Origin: Chitinophagales bacterium
GTDB lineage: Bacteria; Bacteroidota; Bacteroidia; Chitinophagales; LD1
Length of the DNA: 64,000 bases
Reading direction: 5' to 3'
Assembly (NCBI GenBank): GCA_019638515.1
Contig: JAHBTS010000002.1
Span: forward strand, 23,395 to 87,394
Shown here: positions 9,321 to 19,117 of the stretch, one piece after another
Numbering within the stretch: position 1 is the first letter of the stretch
Layout: the number at the start of each line of letters is the position of its first letter
The notes under the pieces: model-generated
What the model was told of the DNA's origin: nothing
The model's input: the letters and a program-made list of their open reading frames with translations, nothing else
Database searches by the model: none
Position numbers and translations under genes: made by a program

Positions 9321-9641
9321 ATGGAACTATTATTTGCAATCCTTATCTCGTTCGCATTGGGTGGAGGCGATGGCGCTAACATTACCGGAGGTTATGGCGA
9401 TCTTTTCTACAAAGATTTAACTGCCGAAGAGCAAAAGAAATTTGATGAGATAACCATTACCGGAGGTTATGGCGATCTTTTCTTTAAAAACTTATCGGAT
9501 GCTGAGCAAAAAGAATTAGCAAAACTGACCATCACCGGAGGCTATGGCGATTTGTTCTTTAAAGATGGCGCCAACATTACCGGAGGTTATGGCGATTTGT
9601 TCTTAAAAACACTCGAGCAATTGAGAGACGAACAGAAGTAA
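9321..9641 (+). CDS. small repeat peptide with four ITGGYGDLF[YFL]K units
   Basis: 106-aa ORF. 30-nt units at 9381..9410, 9456..9485, 9531..9560 and 9576..9605 each encode I-T-G-G-Y-G-D-L-F-x. Hydrophobic N-terminus. Followed by a hairpin terminator at 9671..9696. Confidence 0.6.
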   Translation: MELLFAILISFALGGGDGANITGGYGDLFYKDLTAEEQKKFDEITITGGYGDLFFKNLSDAEQKELAKLTITGGYGDLFFKDGANITGGYGDLFLKTLEQLRDEQK

Positions 9642-9670
9642 GATTTTAGGGGTAATACAGAATGAAAAAA

Positions 9671-9696
9671 AGCGGGTCGAATGGCTCGCTTTTTTC
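9671..9696. terminator. bidirectional intrinsic terminator between convergent genes
   Basis: AGCGGGTC-GAAT-GGCTCGCT hairpin (8 bp including 2 G-T pairs), with an A-run on the left and a T6 run on the right. Confidence 0.6.
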
Positions 9697-9709
9697 GTTT
9701 TGATATAGG

Positions 9710-10819
9710 TTATATTAAGAATCTTCCATTTTGGTAAATCAGTTCTCCATCGGCATAAATTTCGCCTCCGGTTTTCATGTCGGTAATCATATCCCAGTGA
9801 ACGGTACTTTCATTTTTTCCTCCGCATTGCTGGTAACTTTGTCCGACAGCCATGTGTATGCTTCCTCCAATTTTTTCATCAAATAAAATATTGCGGGTGG
9901 TGCGTTGTATGTTAAAGTTGGTGCCAATAGCCACTTCGCCCCAAAATTTTGCACCGGGAACGGCAAATACTTTGTCTAATACATCTTGTCCTTTTTCTGC
10001 TTTCCATGAAACTATTTCGCCATTCTTTACTTCAAGCGAAATGCCTTCTACATCTTTTCCCATATAAATGGCAGGGTAGGAGAAATATACTTTACCATTT
10101 ACACTGTCTTCAATCGGTGCGCTAAAAACTTCGCCACTGGGCATATTGGCGCGGCCATCGCTGTTTATCCATTTTCTTCCTTTAACCGAGAAGGTAATAT
10201 CTATATTAGGTCCTTTATAGTGTACTTTGTCGGCTTTGTTTAAACGTTCAACATAAGCTGCTTGTGTTTGGCGCATTTCTAACCATTTGCTTACGGGGTT
10301 TTCCTCATATAAATAGCAAGATTGGAAAACAAACTGTTCGTATTCCTCTAAGCTCATTTCTGCATCATCTGCTCCGGCTTGGGTTGGGTATTGGCATAAG
10401 CAGCGCCTCATGCTTCCATTGCCTGTGCGTTCAAAATATAGTCGGTTTAAATCCTTTTGTGCCTCTTGGAAAATCTTGTATTTCTCGGCATCCACTACTT
10501 CTTTTTCATCATCGCCTTTTGTAAAGGGCGCACGGATATTTAGGTAGCAATCGAAGGTTTCAAATGCAACTTTGCGCATAGGGTTTATCCATTGCAACTG
10601 ATGCTTTTCTCCGTATTGGAGCACATTTACATCGGTAAGGTTTATATCAATACTAAGTGCAGGATGTCCACCTGCTTTGTAAACTTCTTTGAGTACTTCC
10701 TTTAAGAGTGGCTCTGCTAAGTACGAAGAGGCAATGTAAACGGTATCGTTGGGTTTAACTTCTAAGCAATAATTCACTAAAAGTGATGCGTATTTTTCTA
10801 GAATTTTTTGTTCAGGCAT
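9710..10819 (-). CDS. aminopeptidase, M29 (AmpS/PepS) family
   Basis: Track ORF 9710..10840 begins at a TTG. The ATG at 10819 (MPEQKILEKYASLLVNYCLEV) is the likely start. Family-like sequence runs throughout, ending ...HWDMITDM.... Confidence 0.75.
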   Translation of the reverse strand: MPEQKILEKYASLLVNYCLEVKPNDTVYIASSYLAEPLLKEVLKEVYKAGGHPALSIDINLTDVNVLQYGEKHQLQWINPMRKVAFETFDCYLNIRAPFTKGDDEKEVVDAEKYKIFQEAQKDLNRLYFERTGNGSMRRCLCQYPTQAGADDAEMSLEEYEQFVFQSCYLYEENPVSKWLEMRQTQAAYVERLNKADKVHYKGPNIDITFSVKGRKWINSDGRANMPSGEVFSAPIEDSVNGKVYFSYPAIYMGKDVEGISLEVKNGEIVSWKAEKGQDVLDKVFAVPGAKFWGEVAIGTNFNIQRTTRNILFDEKIGGSIHMAVGQSYQQCGGKNESTVHWDMITDMKTGGEIYADGELIYQNGRFLI

Positions 10820-10965
10820 TTTGTAAAAGATAGGCGGCAATGATACACAAAAAGGAAATATACGCGGAAGTAGGCTGTAAGTTATTTATGCAGTTTTATG
10901 AACCCAAAAAAAATCTTTCAGAATGAAAACCTTCTGTTTTCTTCGCACATCTTTTTAGTGTACGT

Positions 10966-12936
10966 ATGAAGTTCTTACCATTGCTTGTTGCTTGCTTTTA
11001 TTTAGGAGGCATTTCTGCACAAATTAGTTTTAAATTAAGTGTTGTCAATACCAATTGTGTTGCCAATGGTGGTGCAGCTTCGGTAGTGCTAGATACAGGG
11101 AAAGTGCAAAGTGTATTGTATCAATGGAGTACTGGCGGCAATGGCAGTTCAATAAGTAACTTAGCGGCAGGAAATTATTCGGTAACTGTTTTTAATAATG
11201 CAAAAACAGATTCTTCGGTTAAAAGTTTTGTGGTAAACAATGCGGCTACTATTCTTGTTTCAACCCTACCGCAAGATACTATTTGTGCGGGAACTACTGC
11301 TGTTTTAGAAGCAAGTGCATTACCAGCGGGCGGTACATTTACTTGGAGTGGAGGTGATTTATCGGCAGCACGTACTAAAGATTCAATTCATGTACAGCCC
11401 AAAGCAGAACAAACTTATACGGTTACATATAATAGTAGTACATGTTCGGGCAGCACTACCGTAAAAGTAGTGGCAAGCCCGGTGAAGGCGCAAATTGCAG
11501 GTGTGGCACAGCCATCTTGTGGTTTGGCAAATGGTTCTATTACGGGAGCTGGCTCTGCATTTAAAGCTACTTTTACATGGTGGAAAGATGGGCAACCATT
11601 TGGCGCCAATGCTTCTATTTTAAGTAATTTGAAAGCTGGAAACTACACGTTTGCTATTTATGATGGCGTTACCGGTTGCAGCGATACTATTAAAAATATT
11701 GTGCTTGCCGATAATACTACTTATGCTTCATTAACGGCTCTTGCTACAACGCCCGATAGCTGCTTGGCAGCTCAGGGAACTGCAGCGCTTACGGTTACCG
11801 GAGGAAGCGGTAATTATACCTTTAAGTGGAGCCATTCAAATACAGTTACTGGCAGCAGTGCATCAAAACTGGCAAAGGGAAATTATAGAGTTACGGTGAG
11901 CGATGGGGTTTGCACTCCTTTTGATACTGCTATTACTATTGCCGGTCCCGATTCTGGAATTGCTGCAGTTACTTCGGTTGTAAACGACAACTGTAGTAAA
12001 GCAACAGGTAGCGCTACGGTAGTTGCTAGTGGAGGAACAGTACCATATTCATATTGGTGGAGTAATGGAGGCACTCTGGCTACTGCCAATAATTTATTGG
12101 GAGGCAATAATTATGATGTTACCATCACCGATGTGTTGGGATGCTCGGTAGTTACTTCGGTATTTGTTGGTGACATTGCTGCTCCGGCATTGGTGTTTTT
12201 TCCTTTTGATTCTCTTTGCCCCAACGCCAGCAATGGAAAACTGCAATTAAAAGCCAGCGGAGGATTGCCGCCATATCAATATCAATGGCAACACAATACG
12301 GCATTAACTGCTTCTATTGCTACCAATTTGGCTCCGGGTACATATAGCGCCACTGTTACCGATGCAGGAAATTGTACGGCTGTGGCTCAAGTAACTATTG
12401 CCGCTTTTGATAATCCTCAAATAGACTTGGGTAACGATACTTCAATTCTTAAAGGCGAAATTGCCACTTTGCAGTTAAAAACTACATTGCCGATTACTGG
12501 CGTAAAGTGGAGTCCTTTTACTCAATCGGCAGAAAATCAGGTAACCGCTTATACCAAGCCGGATAGTACCACAACTTATACCGTATTGGTTAGTTATGGA
12601 AACAATGGTTGCCTCCTCAGCGATACTATTACAATTCAAGTTTTAAACGAAGCGGCAGAGGTGATTGTGCCTAATATATTTACGCCCAATGGCGATGGTG
12701 TAAACGATTATTTTTATGTTTCTTCTAAAGCCATTAAACAATTTAATGTAAAAGTATTTGACCGTTGGGGAAACAATGTGTTTGAATCTTTTGATGCTGA
12801 TTTTAAATGGAATGGACACAATATGGCAGACGGTACAGAGTTGCCTAATGGCGTATTTACTTATGTGATAGAATTTGTGGCACTTAACAACAATAAGCGT
12901 GAGTTGCTGAAAGGCAGCATAACCTTACTTAGATAA
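10966..12936 (+). CDS. SprB-repeat surface protein with T9SS type-B (gliding motility-associated) C-terminal sorting domain
   Basis: 656 aa with a signal peptide. Repeated C..ANG.A/G....GG..PY.Y.W modules (SprB-type). C-terminal VPNIFTPNGDGVNDYF... domain. Confidence 0.75.
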   Translation: MKFLPLLVACFYLGGISAQISFKLSVVNTNCVANGGAASVVLDTGKVQSVLYQWSTGGNGSSISNLAAGNYSVTVFNNAKTDSSVKSFVVNNAATILVSTLPQDTICAGTTAVLEASALPAGGTFTWSGGDLSAARTKDSIHVQPKAEQTYTVTYNSSTCSGSTTVKVVASPVKAQIAGVAQPSCGLANGSITGAGSAFKATFTWWKDGQPFGANASILSNLKAGNYTFAIYDGVTGCSDTIKNIVLADNTTYASLTALATTPDSCLAAQGTAALTVTGGSGNYTFKWSHSNTVTGSSASKLAKGNYRVTVSDGVCTPFDTAITIAGPDSGIAAVTSVVNDNCSKATGSATVVASGGTVPYSYWWSNGGTLATANNLLGGNNYDVTITDVLGCSVVTSVFVGDIAAPALVFFPFDSLCPNASNGKLQLKASGGLPPYQYQWQHNTALTASIATNLAPGTYSATVTDAGNCTAVAQVTIAAFDNPQIDLGNDTSILKGEIATLQLKTTLPITGVKWSPFTQSAENQVTAYTKPDSTTTYTVLVSYGNNGCLLSDTITIQVLNEAAEVIVPNIFTPNGDGVNDYFYVSSKAIKQFNVKVFDRWGNNVFESFDADFKWNGHNMADGTELPNGVFTYVIEFVALNNNKRELLKGSITLLR

Positions 12937-12944
12937 AAAGAGAA

Positions 12945-12964
12945 AGCCGGCACAAAGTCCGGCT
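12945..12964 (-). terminator. intrinsic terminator for the 67-aa minus-strand gene
   Basis: AGCCGG-N8-CCGGCT hairpin. On the minus strand it is followed by TTTCTCTTTTT. Confidence 0.5.
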
Positions 12965-12988
12965 CCCACTCACTCATTTCTTTAACTA

Positions 12989-13192
12989 TTACTTTTTCAT
13001 GTTGTTTTCGTAATAAAGTTGCGCTTCTACTTCCATTGCAGCTCTGTATTCTGCTTCAGAAAATGTTCGGTACTTATCGTCCGATGCAATTTTGGCCAAC
13101 TCGTTGTACTCTGTGCTGCCCGGTTTAATGTCGAATGAAGTGTCTTCTTTGCCAATGCCGATGGCGAGGATAAGGGAAAGTAAAATTTCCAT
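12989..13192 (-). CDS. small hypothetical protein (67 aa)
   Basis: ORF with a hydrophobic N-terminus (MEILLSLILAIGIG), sitting in its own intergenic slot with a downstream terminator. No family recognised. Confidence 0.4.
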   Translation of the reverse strand: MEILLSLILAIGIGKEDTSFDIKPGSTEYNELAKIASDDKYRTFSEAEYRAAMEVEAQLYYENNMKK

Positions 13193-13282
13193 AGGTTGTT
13201 AGTGTTTTGGTTCGCTAACTATTTACGGCATCATTAAAAAAAGGTTACAGCCCAATAAGAATTTTATTTTAGCACTTATCTT

Positions 13283-14752
13283 ATGAAAGAGCTTGCAGCC
13301 ATTATTCAATCGCTTGATAAACGTGAATTGGAGGTTTATTCCAAGCTGTATCGCAGCGGCAATAAGAAGGATCCCAATAAGGCAGAAATGCTTTTTGATT
13401 ACTTACTGGAGCATAGCAATACTACTAATACTGAGGTGGCAGCAGCACTCTTTGCCAATTCAAAAAGCAGTGTGTCTGCACTTTCGCACTTAAAGAAAAA
13501 ACTGCACAACCAACTGAGTGTGGTATTGATTGCCATAGATGCAGAAGATGAAACCGATGCAGGCAAAGATGCCGATTACAATACGGCATTAAGAATTGTA
13601 ACAAGGAAGTATTTAGAACGAGGAGTCTTGGTTAAAAAGAAAGTCAATAATGCTGCATATTCTCTTTCTGAAGAAATATATAAGTACGCCAAGGAGTATG
13701 AAATATTTCACTTTTGGGCAATCTCACTAATGGAGGTATTAGCATCCAATGCATCTAAGGGAGAAAAATATATCACTGCCGTAAGCAAAGAAATAGACCA
13801 TGCTCTTAATTGTTTTTTGAAATTCTATAAAGGCGATATGATGCTGTGGGAACTTACACCTGCCATGTATTTAAAAAATAAAGAGGCAGAGTTTATAGAT
13901 AGAGCAAAGCAGATTGTAGCTACTTTAAAAGAGTACACCAAAGAAACACAGTCCGACACCATACTCATGAATCAATTGGAGGGGCAAATGTTTTTGGCGG
14001 AATTTGAAAGAAAACCCAAGGACGCACTAACCTATGCAAGAGAAAAGTACGAATTAGTTACTACCTCTAAAGCACTCAACCGAAAAGGAATAATACGAGC
14101 ATCGCGCAATCAATTGATTATTGCGCTCATTAACAATGGTGAATTTGAGGAGGCAGATAAATGGGCTTATACTTACCTGCACGAAATTCCACCACAAACG
14201 ATTATAGTTTATGCCGACAATGCTTTTAGAGCAGCCTTGTTTAGTAGGAGTTTCAAACATTGTGAAGAGTATTTGAACTTATACAAAAAAAGCCCGCGTT
14301 TTAATAAAGAAGAAGCACTCACCACACAGTATTATTTTTACAGAGCAGCGCTGGCTTTCTATCAGCGAGATTTTGACAATGTGTTTACACATACTGCCAA
14401 CACAGGATGGATGATTCGAGATAAAACAGGTTGGGGTTTAGGAGTAAAACTTATTGAAATTTTAGCCTACATAGAATTAGGGCAAACCGATATGGTAATG
14501 TATCGCATCAAAGCGCTTTGGCAATTGCTTTTTCGCAACCAGAGCAAAAATATAGCACGTATAAAAACGGTGTCGCACCTACTGTATGCGCTACTCCAAT
14601 CGGGATTTAACTATAGGAAAGTGGTAGAAAAAGAGAAAAACAAAATGGCAGAACTGCGCGATGGAACAGGTGTTTTTTACTGGGATCCTACAGGTTACGA
14701 AATTGTGCGCTTCGATTGGTGGCTAGACGAAAAAATGAAACGTACTCGATAA
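13283..14752 (+). CDS. hypothetical protein (489 aa, helical/TPR-like)
   Basis: Long uninterrupted ORF with coding-like composition. No motif recognised. Confidence 0.55.
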   Translation: MKELAAIIQSLDKRELEVYSKLYRSGNKKDPNKAEMLFDYLLEHSNTTNTEVAAALFANSKSSVSALSHLKKKLHNQLSVVLIAIDAEDETDAGKDADYNTALRIVTRKYLERGVLVKKKVNNAAYSLSEEIYKYAKEYEIFHFWAISLMEVLASNASKGEKYITAVSKEIDHALNCFLKFYKGDMMLWELTPAMYLKNKEAEFIDRAKQIVATLKEYTKETQSDTILMNQLEGQMFLAEFERKPKDALTYAREKYELVTTSKALNRKGIIRASRNQLIIALINNGEFEEADKWAYTYLHEIPPQTIIVYADNAFRAALFSRSFKHCEEYLNLYKKSPRFNKEEALTTQYYFYRAALAFYQRDFDNVFTHTANTGWMIRDKTGWGLGVKLIEILAYIELGQTDMVMYRIKALWQLLFRNQSKNIARIKTVSHLLYALLQSGFNYRKVVEKEKNKMAELRDGTGVFYWDPTGYEIVRFDWWLDEKMKRTR

Positions 14753-14788
14753 AACTTCAACTAAAATTTAAACTATTATTTACAACCA

Positions 14789-15610
14789 ATGAATTATTTG
14801 CAATACGAATTTTTTACATCCAATAGTGAAGAGCAAGAATTGATAATGGCGCTGCTATCGGAACTTAATTTTGAAGGATTTGAACAAACCGATTTAGGTG
14901 TGTTTGCCTTTGTACCGCAAGAAGCAGTTGCCGATGGCGAAGTGCGCTTAATATTGAACGAAAACAATCTTTCGCATATTCAGTTTGCCGTTACTGTAAT
15001 TGAACCTAAAAACTGGAACCATGAATGGGAGCGTAATTTCTCTCCGGTGATTATTGGCGGTAAAGTAGGTATTCGCGCCCCATTTCACGATAAATTGAAT
15101 ACCGATATAGAGTTAATTATTGAGCCTAAAATGAGCTTTGGCACAGGGCATCATGCCACCACCTCGCTCATGATAGAACTGTTGCTTGAAATAGATTTGC
15201 AGAACCAAACTTTGTTAGATATGGGTTCGGGAACCGGAGTGCTTGCAATCTTGGCAAGTAAACTCGGAGTAGCAAAGCCGGTTGCCGTAGATCACGAAGA
15301 GTGGGCCTATGAAAATGCAATTGAAAACGCAGAGCGCAATGCTGCGGCTATAGAAGTTCACCGAGCCGATGCTTCCACAACATTCAATAGCGGATTTGAT
15401 GTTATACTAGCCAATATCAATCGCCATGTAATCGAAAGCAATCTGCATCACTGGTTGCAATTACTTAACGGCAATGGTAAAATAGCTTTAAGCGGCTTTT
15501 TAGAAAGCGATATTCCGGCTATTCGCCAACTGGCAACAACTTTAAAATTGCAAGAATTACAATGTAAACAAAAGGGAGAGTGGATTGCAATGCTGTTTCA
15601 TAAAATGTAA
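14789..15610 (+). CDS. prmA: ribosomal protein L11 methyltransferase
   Basis: 273 aa. FGTGHHATT and the SAM-binding DMGSGTGVLAI motif, characteristic of PrmA. Confidence 0.85.
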   Translation: MNYLQYEFFTSNSEEQELIMALLSELNFEGFEQTDLGVFAFVPQEAVADGEVRLILNENNLSHIQFAVTVIEPKNWNHEWERNFSPVIIGGKVGIRAPFHDKLNTDIELIIEPKMSFGTGHHATTSLMIELLLEIDLQNQTLLDMGSGTGVLAILASKLGVAKPVAVDHEEWAYENAIENAERNAAAIEVHRADASTTFNSGFDVILANINRHVIESNLHHWLQLLNGNGKIALSGFLESDIPAIRQLATTLKLQELQCKQKGEWIAMLFHKM

Positions 15611-15645
15611 ATGTTCATTAACTTCAAACCAATAAAACCCAAGGT

Positions 15646-16881
15646 ATGAAAAGGTTGATGTGTTTAGGCAGTTTGATACTGTTGAGCGTAGTATATGTTG
15701 GTGCGCAAAACCCGCGCGAAACATCTTCGCGCTATGTTGCCAATGGCGATATGCAGTTGAAAATGGGTAATGTGGAGCGGGCAATTGCAGAATATAAAAT
15801 GGCAATAGAAACAGACCCAACCGCTGCCGAAGCATACATGAAACGAGCCAAGATTTATGCAGTAATGGGACGCAACGGAGAAGCCATGCAAGACTATAAT
15901 GTCGCCATCAATATCAATCCAAACGCTGCCATTTTTTACGATGCACGTGCTAAGTTAAAAGCACTTATTACCGACTACGAAGGTGCTCAAAGCGATATTG
16001 AAAAGGCCTTAAAACTAGAACCATTCAATAGAATATTTGTGGAGCACAAAGCAGATATAAATATGTCGAAGCAAGACTATGCAAGTGCATTGAGTGATTT
16101 AGAACAGCTCATTGATAGTAATCCCAACAATGAAGATTTTGCCTTAAAAAGAGTATGGTTTGAAATGCAAGCGCAAGACTTTACTAAAGCTCAAAGCCAT
16201 ATTAACGATTGGTTGAAGCGCAATCCCAATTCCATAATTGGTATAAATCTAAAAGCACTTATTCTTAGTGAACAAGGACAGCACCAGGCCGCCCTTTCGC
16301 TACTTTCAAACATCATACAGTTAAAACCCGATATTGATATTTCATACATTATACGAAGTTTAGTTTACACACGCTTACAAAAAAAGCAAGAAGCACTCAG
16401 CGATTTAAATAAAGCCATTCAGTTAAATGCCACATGTTCGTATGCGTATTTTAACCGTGCCGTATTGCAAAGGCAACTTGGCTATATTGATGCTGCTGAA
16501 AGTGATTACACACATTTTATAGCTCTAGATTCTACTTATGCTGAAGCATTCTTAAACAGAGGTTTCGCACGAAAACTTTTAGGCGATTTCTCAGAGGCAG
16601 CAAGCGATTATCAAAAAGCAATACAAACCGATCCAAACAATGCCAAAGCGTGGAATGCACTGGCAAATATTAAAGTGTTGTACGGCTATTACAAACCTGC
16701 AATAGAAGATTATACCAAAGCAATAGACCTTGCACCGGACGATGCCTCCGCATGGTTCAATAGAGGTATAGCACAAATTTTAAATCATAATGGAAAAGAC
16801 GGTTGCAGCGATCTCCAAAAAAGCCAACAACTGGGCATTCCGCAAGCCGAAGAGTTTTTACATTCATTTTGCTACAACTAA
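15646..16881 (+). CDS. tetratricopeptide repeat protein (secreted)
   Basis: 411 aa. Signal peptide followed by many 34-aa TPR-like units (A..Y..A I..DP..A.A...RA). Confidence 0.8.
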   Translation: MKRLMCLGSLILLSVVYVGAQNPRETSSRYVANGDMQLKMGNVERAIAEYKMAIETDPTAAEAYMKRAKIYAVMGRNGEAMQDYNVAININPNAAIFYDARAKLKALITDYEGAQSDIEKALKLEPFNRIFVEHKADINMSKQDYASALSDLEQLIDSNPNNEDFALKRVWFEMQAQDFTKAQSHINDWLKRNPNSIIGINLKALILSEQGQHQAALSLLSNIIQLKPDIDISYIIRSLVYTRLQKKQEALSDLNKAIQLNATCSYAYFNRAVLQRQLGYIDAAESDYTHFIALDSTYAEAFLNRGFARKLLGDFSEAASDYQKAIQTDPNNAKAWNALANIKVLYGYYKPAIEDYTKAIDLAPDDASAWFNRGIAQILNHNGKDGCSDLQKSQQLGIPQAEEFLHSFCYN

Positions 16882-16889
16882 TTATTACA

Positions 16890-17468
16890 ATGGAAATAGT
16901 TTTTGCCACCGGCAATGCTCACAAAGTCTATGAAATTCAAGCACTGTGCCCATCTTACATACAATTGAAATCGCTAAAGGAGATTGGCTTTGCCGAAGAA
17001 ATACCCGAAACTTCGCCCACCATTGCAGGCAATTCTTTGCAAAAGGCAAACTATATTTTTGAAAGAATACAACAAGCCGTAATAGCCGAAGATACAGGAT
17101 TAGAAGTAGAGTATTTGCAAGGATTGCCCGGTGTAAATACAGCACGCTATGCAGGCGAAAATGCTACTGCCGAAGATAATATCCAAAAGCTTTTACACGC
17201 ATTGGGTAATCAAAAAAATAGAGCTGCAAGGTTTGTAACTGTTATCACTTTTATTGAAAGAAGTGGCGTTGTTCATCAATTTGAAGGCACTTGCGAGGGC
17301 GAAATTCTTTTGCAAAAAAGCGGAAGTGAAGGCTTTGGATACGACCCTGTTTTTCAACCCAAAGGCAGCAGCCATTCATTTGCACAAATGAACCTTAGCG
17401 AAAAGAATACATACAGCCACCGTGCCAAAGCATTCCGGCAATTTCAAGCCTTTTTAGCCAACTTGTAA
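16890..17468 (+). CDS. rdgB: non-canonical purine NTP pyrophosphatase (RdgB/HAM1 family)
   Basis: The track ORF starts at 16803, inside the upstream gene. The ATG at 16890 gives MEIVFATGNAHK..., the canonical RdgB N-terminus. FGYDPVF motif present. Confidence 0.85.
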   Translation: MEIVFATGNAHKVYEIQALCPSYIQLKSLKEIGFAEEIPETSPTIAGNSLQKANYIFERIQQAVIAEDTGLEVEYLQGLPGVNTARYAGENATAEDNIQKLLHALGNQKNRAARFVTVITFIERSGVVHQFEGTCEGEILLQKSGSEGFGYDPVFQPKGSSHSFAQMNLSEKNTYSHRAKAFRQFQAFLANL

Positions 17469-17595
17469 TCTTGTCTATTTTAGTGTAAAGCGCAATAATG
17501 TGTGTTCTAAATATTTAGAGCGCTTCTTTTTTGAAAATCTCAAAAATGTTCTTCCATTTGCTTAAACAAACGGATTTAAAACGAAAACAAAAAAC

Positions 17596-19026
17596 ATGGC
17601 TTTAACAAAAAAACAATTGGCAGAACTTAGTTTCTCGCAAAGTGTATCGCACTATTTCGATAAGGCAGCGCCATTCACAAATTGCCCCGAAGGTTTATTG
17701 GAGCAAATAAAAGTTTGCAACAGTATCTATCGCGTAAACTTCCCCGTAAAATGGGGTAAGGAGGTGAAAGTAATAGAAGCATACCGTGTGCAGCATAGCC
17801 ACCACCGCATGCCCACCAAAGGTGGAATAAGGTACAGTGTTCATGTAGATCAGGATGAAGTAATGGCATTGGCAGCTTTAATGACCTATAAATGTGCTAT
17901 CGTAGATGTGCCATTTGGCGGAGCAAAAGGAGGCATAAAAATTAGTCCCCGCCAAACCCCCGAAGAAGTATTGGAAGCAATTACCCGTAGATATACTTAT
18001 GAATTGGTAAAGAAAAATATGATAGGACCCGGATTAGATGTACCAGCTCCCGATTACGGTACCGGAGAACGCGAAATGGGTTGGATTGTAGATACCTATG
18101 CTTCGCTTAATAACAATGAAGTGGACGCCTACGCTTGCGTAACCGGAAAACCAATACATTTAAATGGAATTAAAGGTAGAACCGAAGCTACAGGCAGAGG
18201 CGTAGTGTATGCGCTCAACGAAGTTTGCAGTTACAAAGACGATATGAAGGCACTCGGGCTTTCTACAGGTTTAGAAGGGAAAACCGTAGTAATTCAAGGG
18301 CTTGGAAACGTAGGATTTAATACCGCTAAGATTATTGTAAGATACGGTGCGAAAATTGTAGCTATTGCAGAGAATGAAGGTGCCATCTACGATCCAAAAG
18401 GATTAGACCCGGAAAAAGTATTGGAGCACCGCAAGGCAACAGGTAAAATAACCAACTATCCGGGTGCAAAAAATTTGAAAAACAATACCGATGCATTAGA
18501 GTTGGAATGCGATATCTTAATTCCGGCAGCACTCGAAAAGCAAATTACCGGAGAGAATGCTGCAAGAATAAAAGCAAAGATAATTTGCGAAGCAGCCAAC
18601 GGCCCTACCACTCCCGAAGCCGAAGAGATTTTGAATAAAAAAGGCGTAATGATTATTCCCGATATTTATGCCAATGCAGGTGGTGTTACGGTGAGTTACT
18701 TCGAGTGGTTAAAAAACCTGTCGCATGTGCGCTTTGGCAGAATGCAAAAAAGGTTTGAAGAAGATACCCAACAGAATATTATTCAACTAATAGAAGACCT
18801 TTCCGGCAAGAAGGCAACGCCCGCACAGATTAAAGGTGTAATTAAAGGAGCAGGCGAGGTAGATTTGGTAAACTCCGGATTAGAAGACACCATGATTTCT
18901 GCCTACCGCGACATTCGAGAATTTAAACGCAGCAATAAAAAAATTCACGATTTGCGTACCGCAGCATTTGCGCTTTCAATAAATAAAATCAAGAATGCGT
19001 ATGCCGCTTTGGGTATTTTCCCATAA
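17596..19026 (+). CDS. Glu/Leu/Phe/Val dehydrogenase family protein (glutamate dehydrogenase-like)
   Basis: 476 aa. Catalytic-region motif [10 protein letters not shown] and Rossmann motif QGLGNVG. Confidence 0.85.
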   Translation: MALTKKQLAELSFSQSVSHYFDKAAPFTNCPEGLLEQIKVCNSIYRVNFPVKWGKEVKVIEAYRVQHSHHRMPTKGGIRYSVHVDQDEVMALAALMTYKCAIVDVPFGGAKGGIKISPRQTPEEVLEAITRRYTYELVKKNMIGPGLDVPAPDYGTGEREMGWIVDTYASLNNNEVDAYACVTGKPIHLNGIKGRTEATGRGVVYALNEVCSYKDDMKALGLSTGLEGKTVVIQGLGNVGFNTAKIIVRYGAKIVAIAENEGAIYDPKGLDPEKVLEHRKATGKITNYPGAKNLKNNTDALELECDILIPAALEKQITGENAARIKAKIICEAANGPTTPEAEEILNKKGVMIIPDIYANAGGVTVSYFEWLKNLSHVRFGRMQKRFEEDTQQNIIQLIEDLSGKKATPAQIKGVIKGAGEVDLVNSGLEDTMISAYRDIREFKRSNKKIHDLRTAAFALSINKIKNAYAALGIFP

Positions 19027-19062
19027 TGTAAAAATGATAACATTTTGTGCTATAAGCATACA

Positions 19063-19090
19063 GGGTTGATGATTCAACCCTTTTTTATTT
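19063..19090 (+). terminator. intrinsic terminator
   Basis: GGGTTGA-TGAT-TCAACCC hairpin followed by TTTTTTATTTT. Confidence 0.7.
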
Positions 19091-19117
19091 TGTACTATTA
19101 CAGCTCAATTTTGCAGT

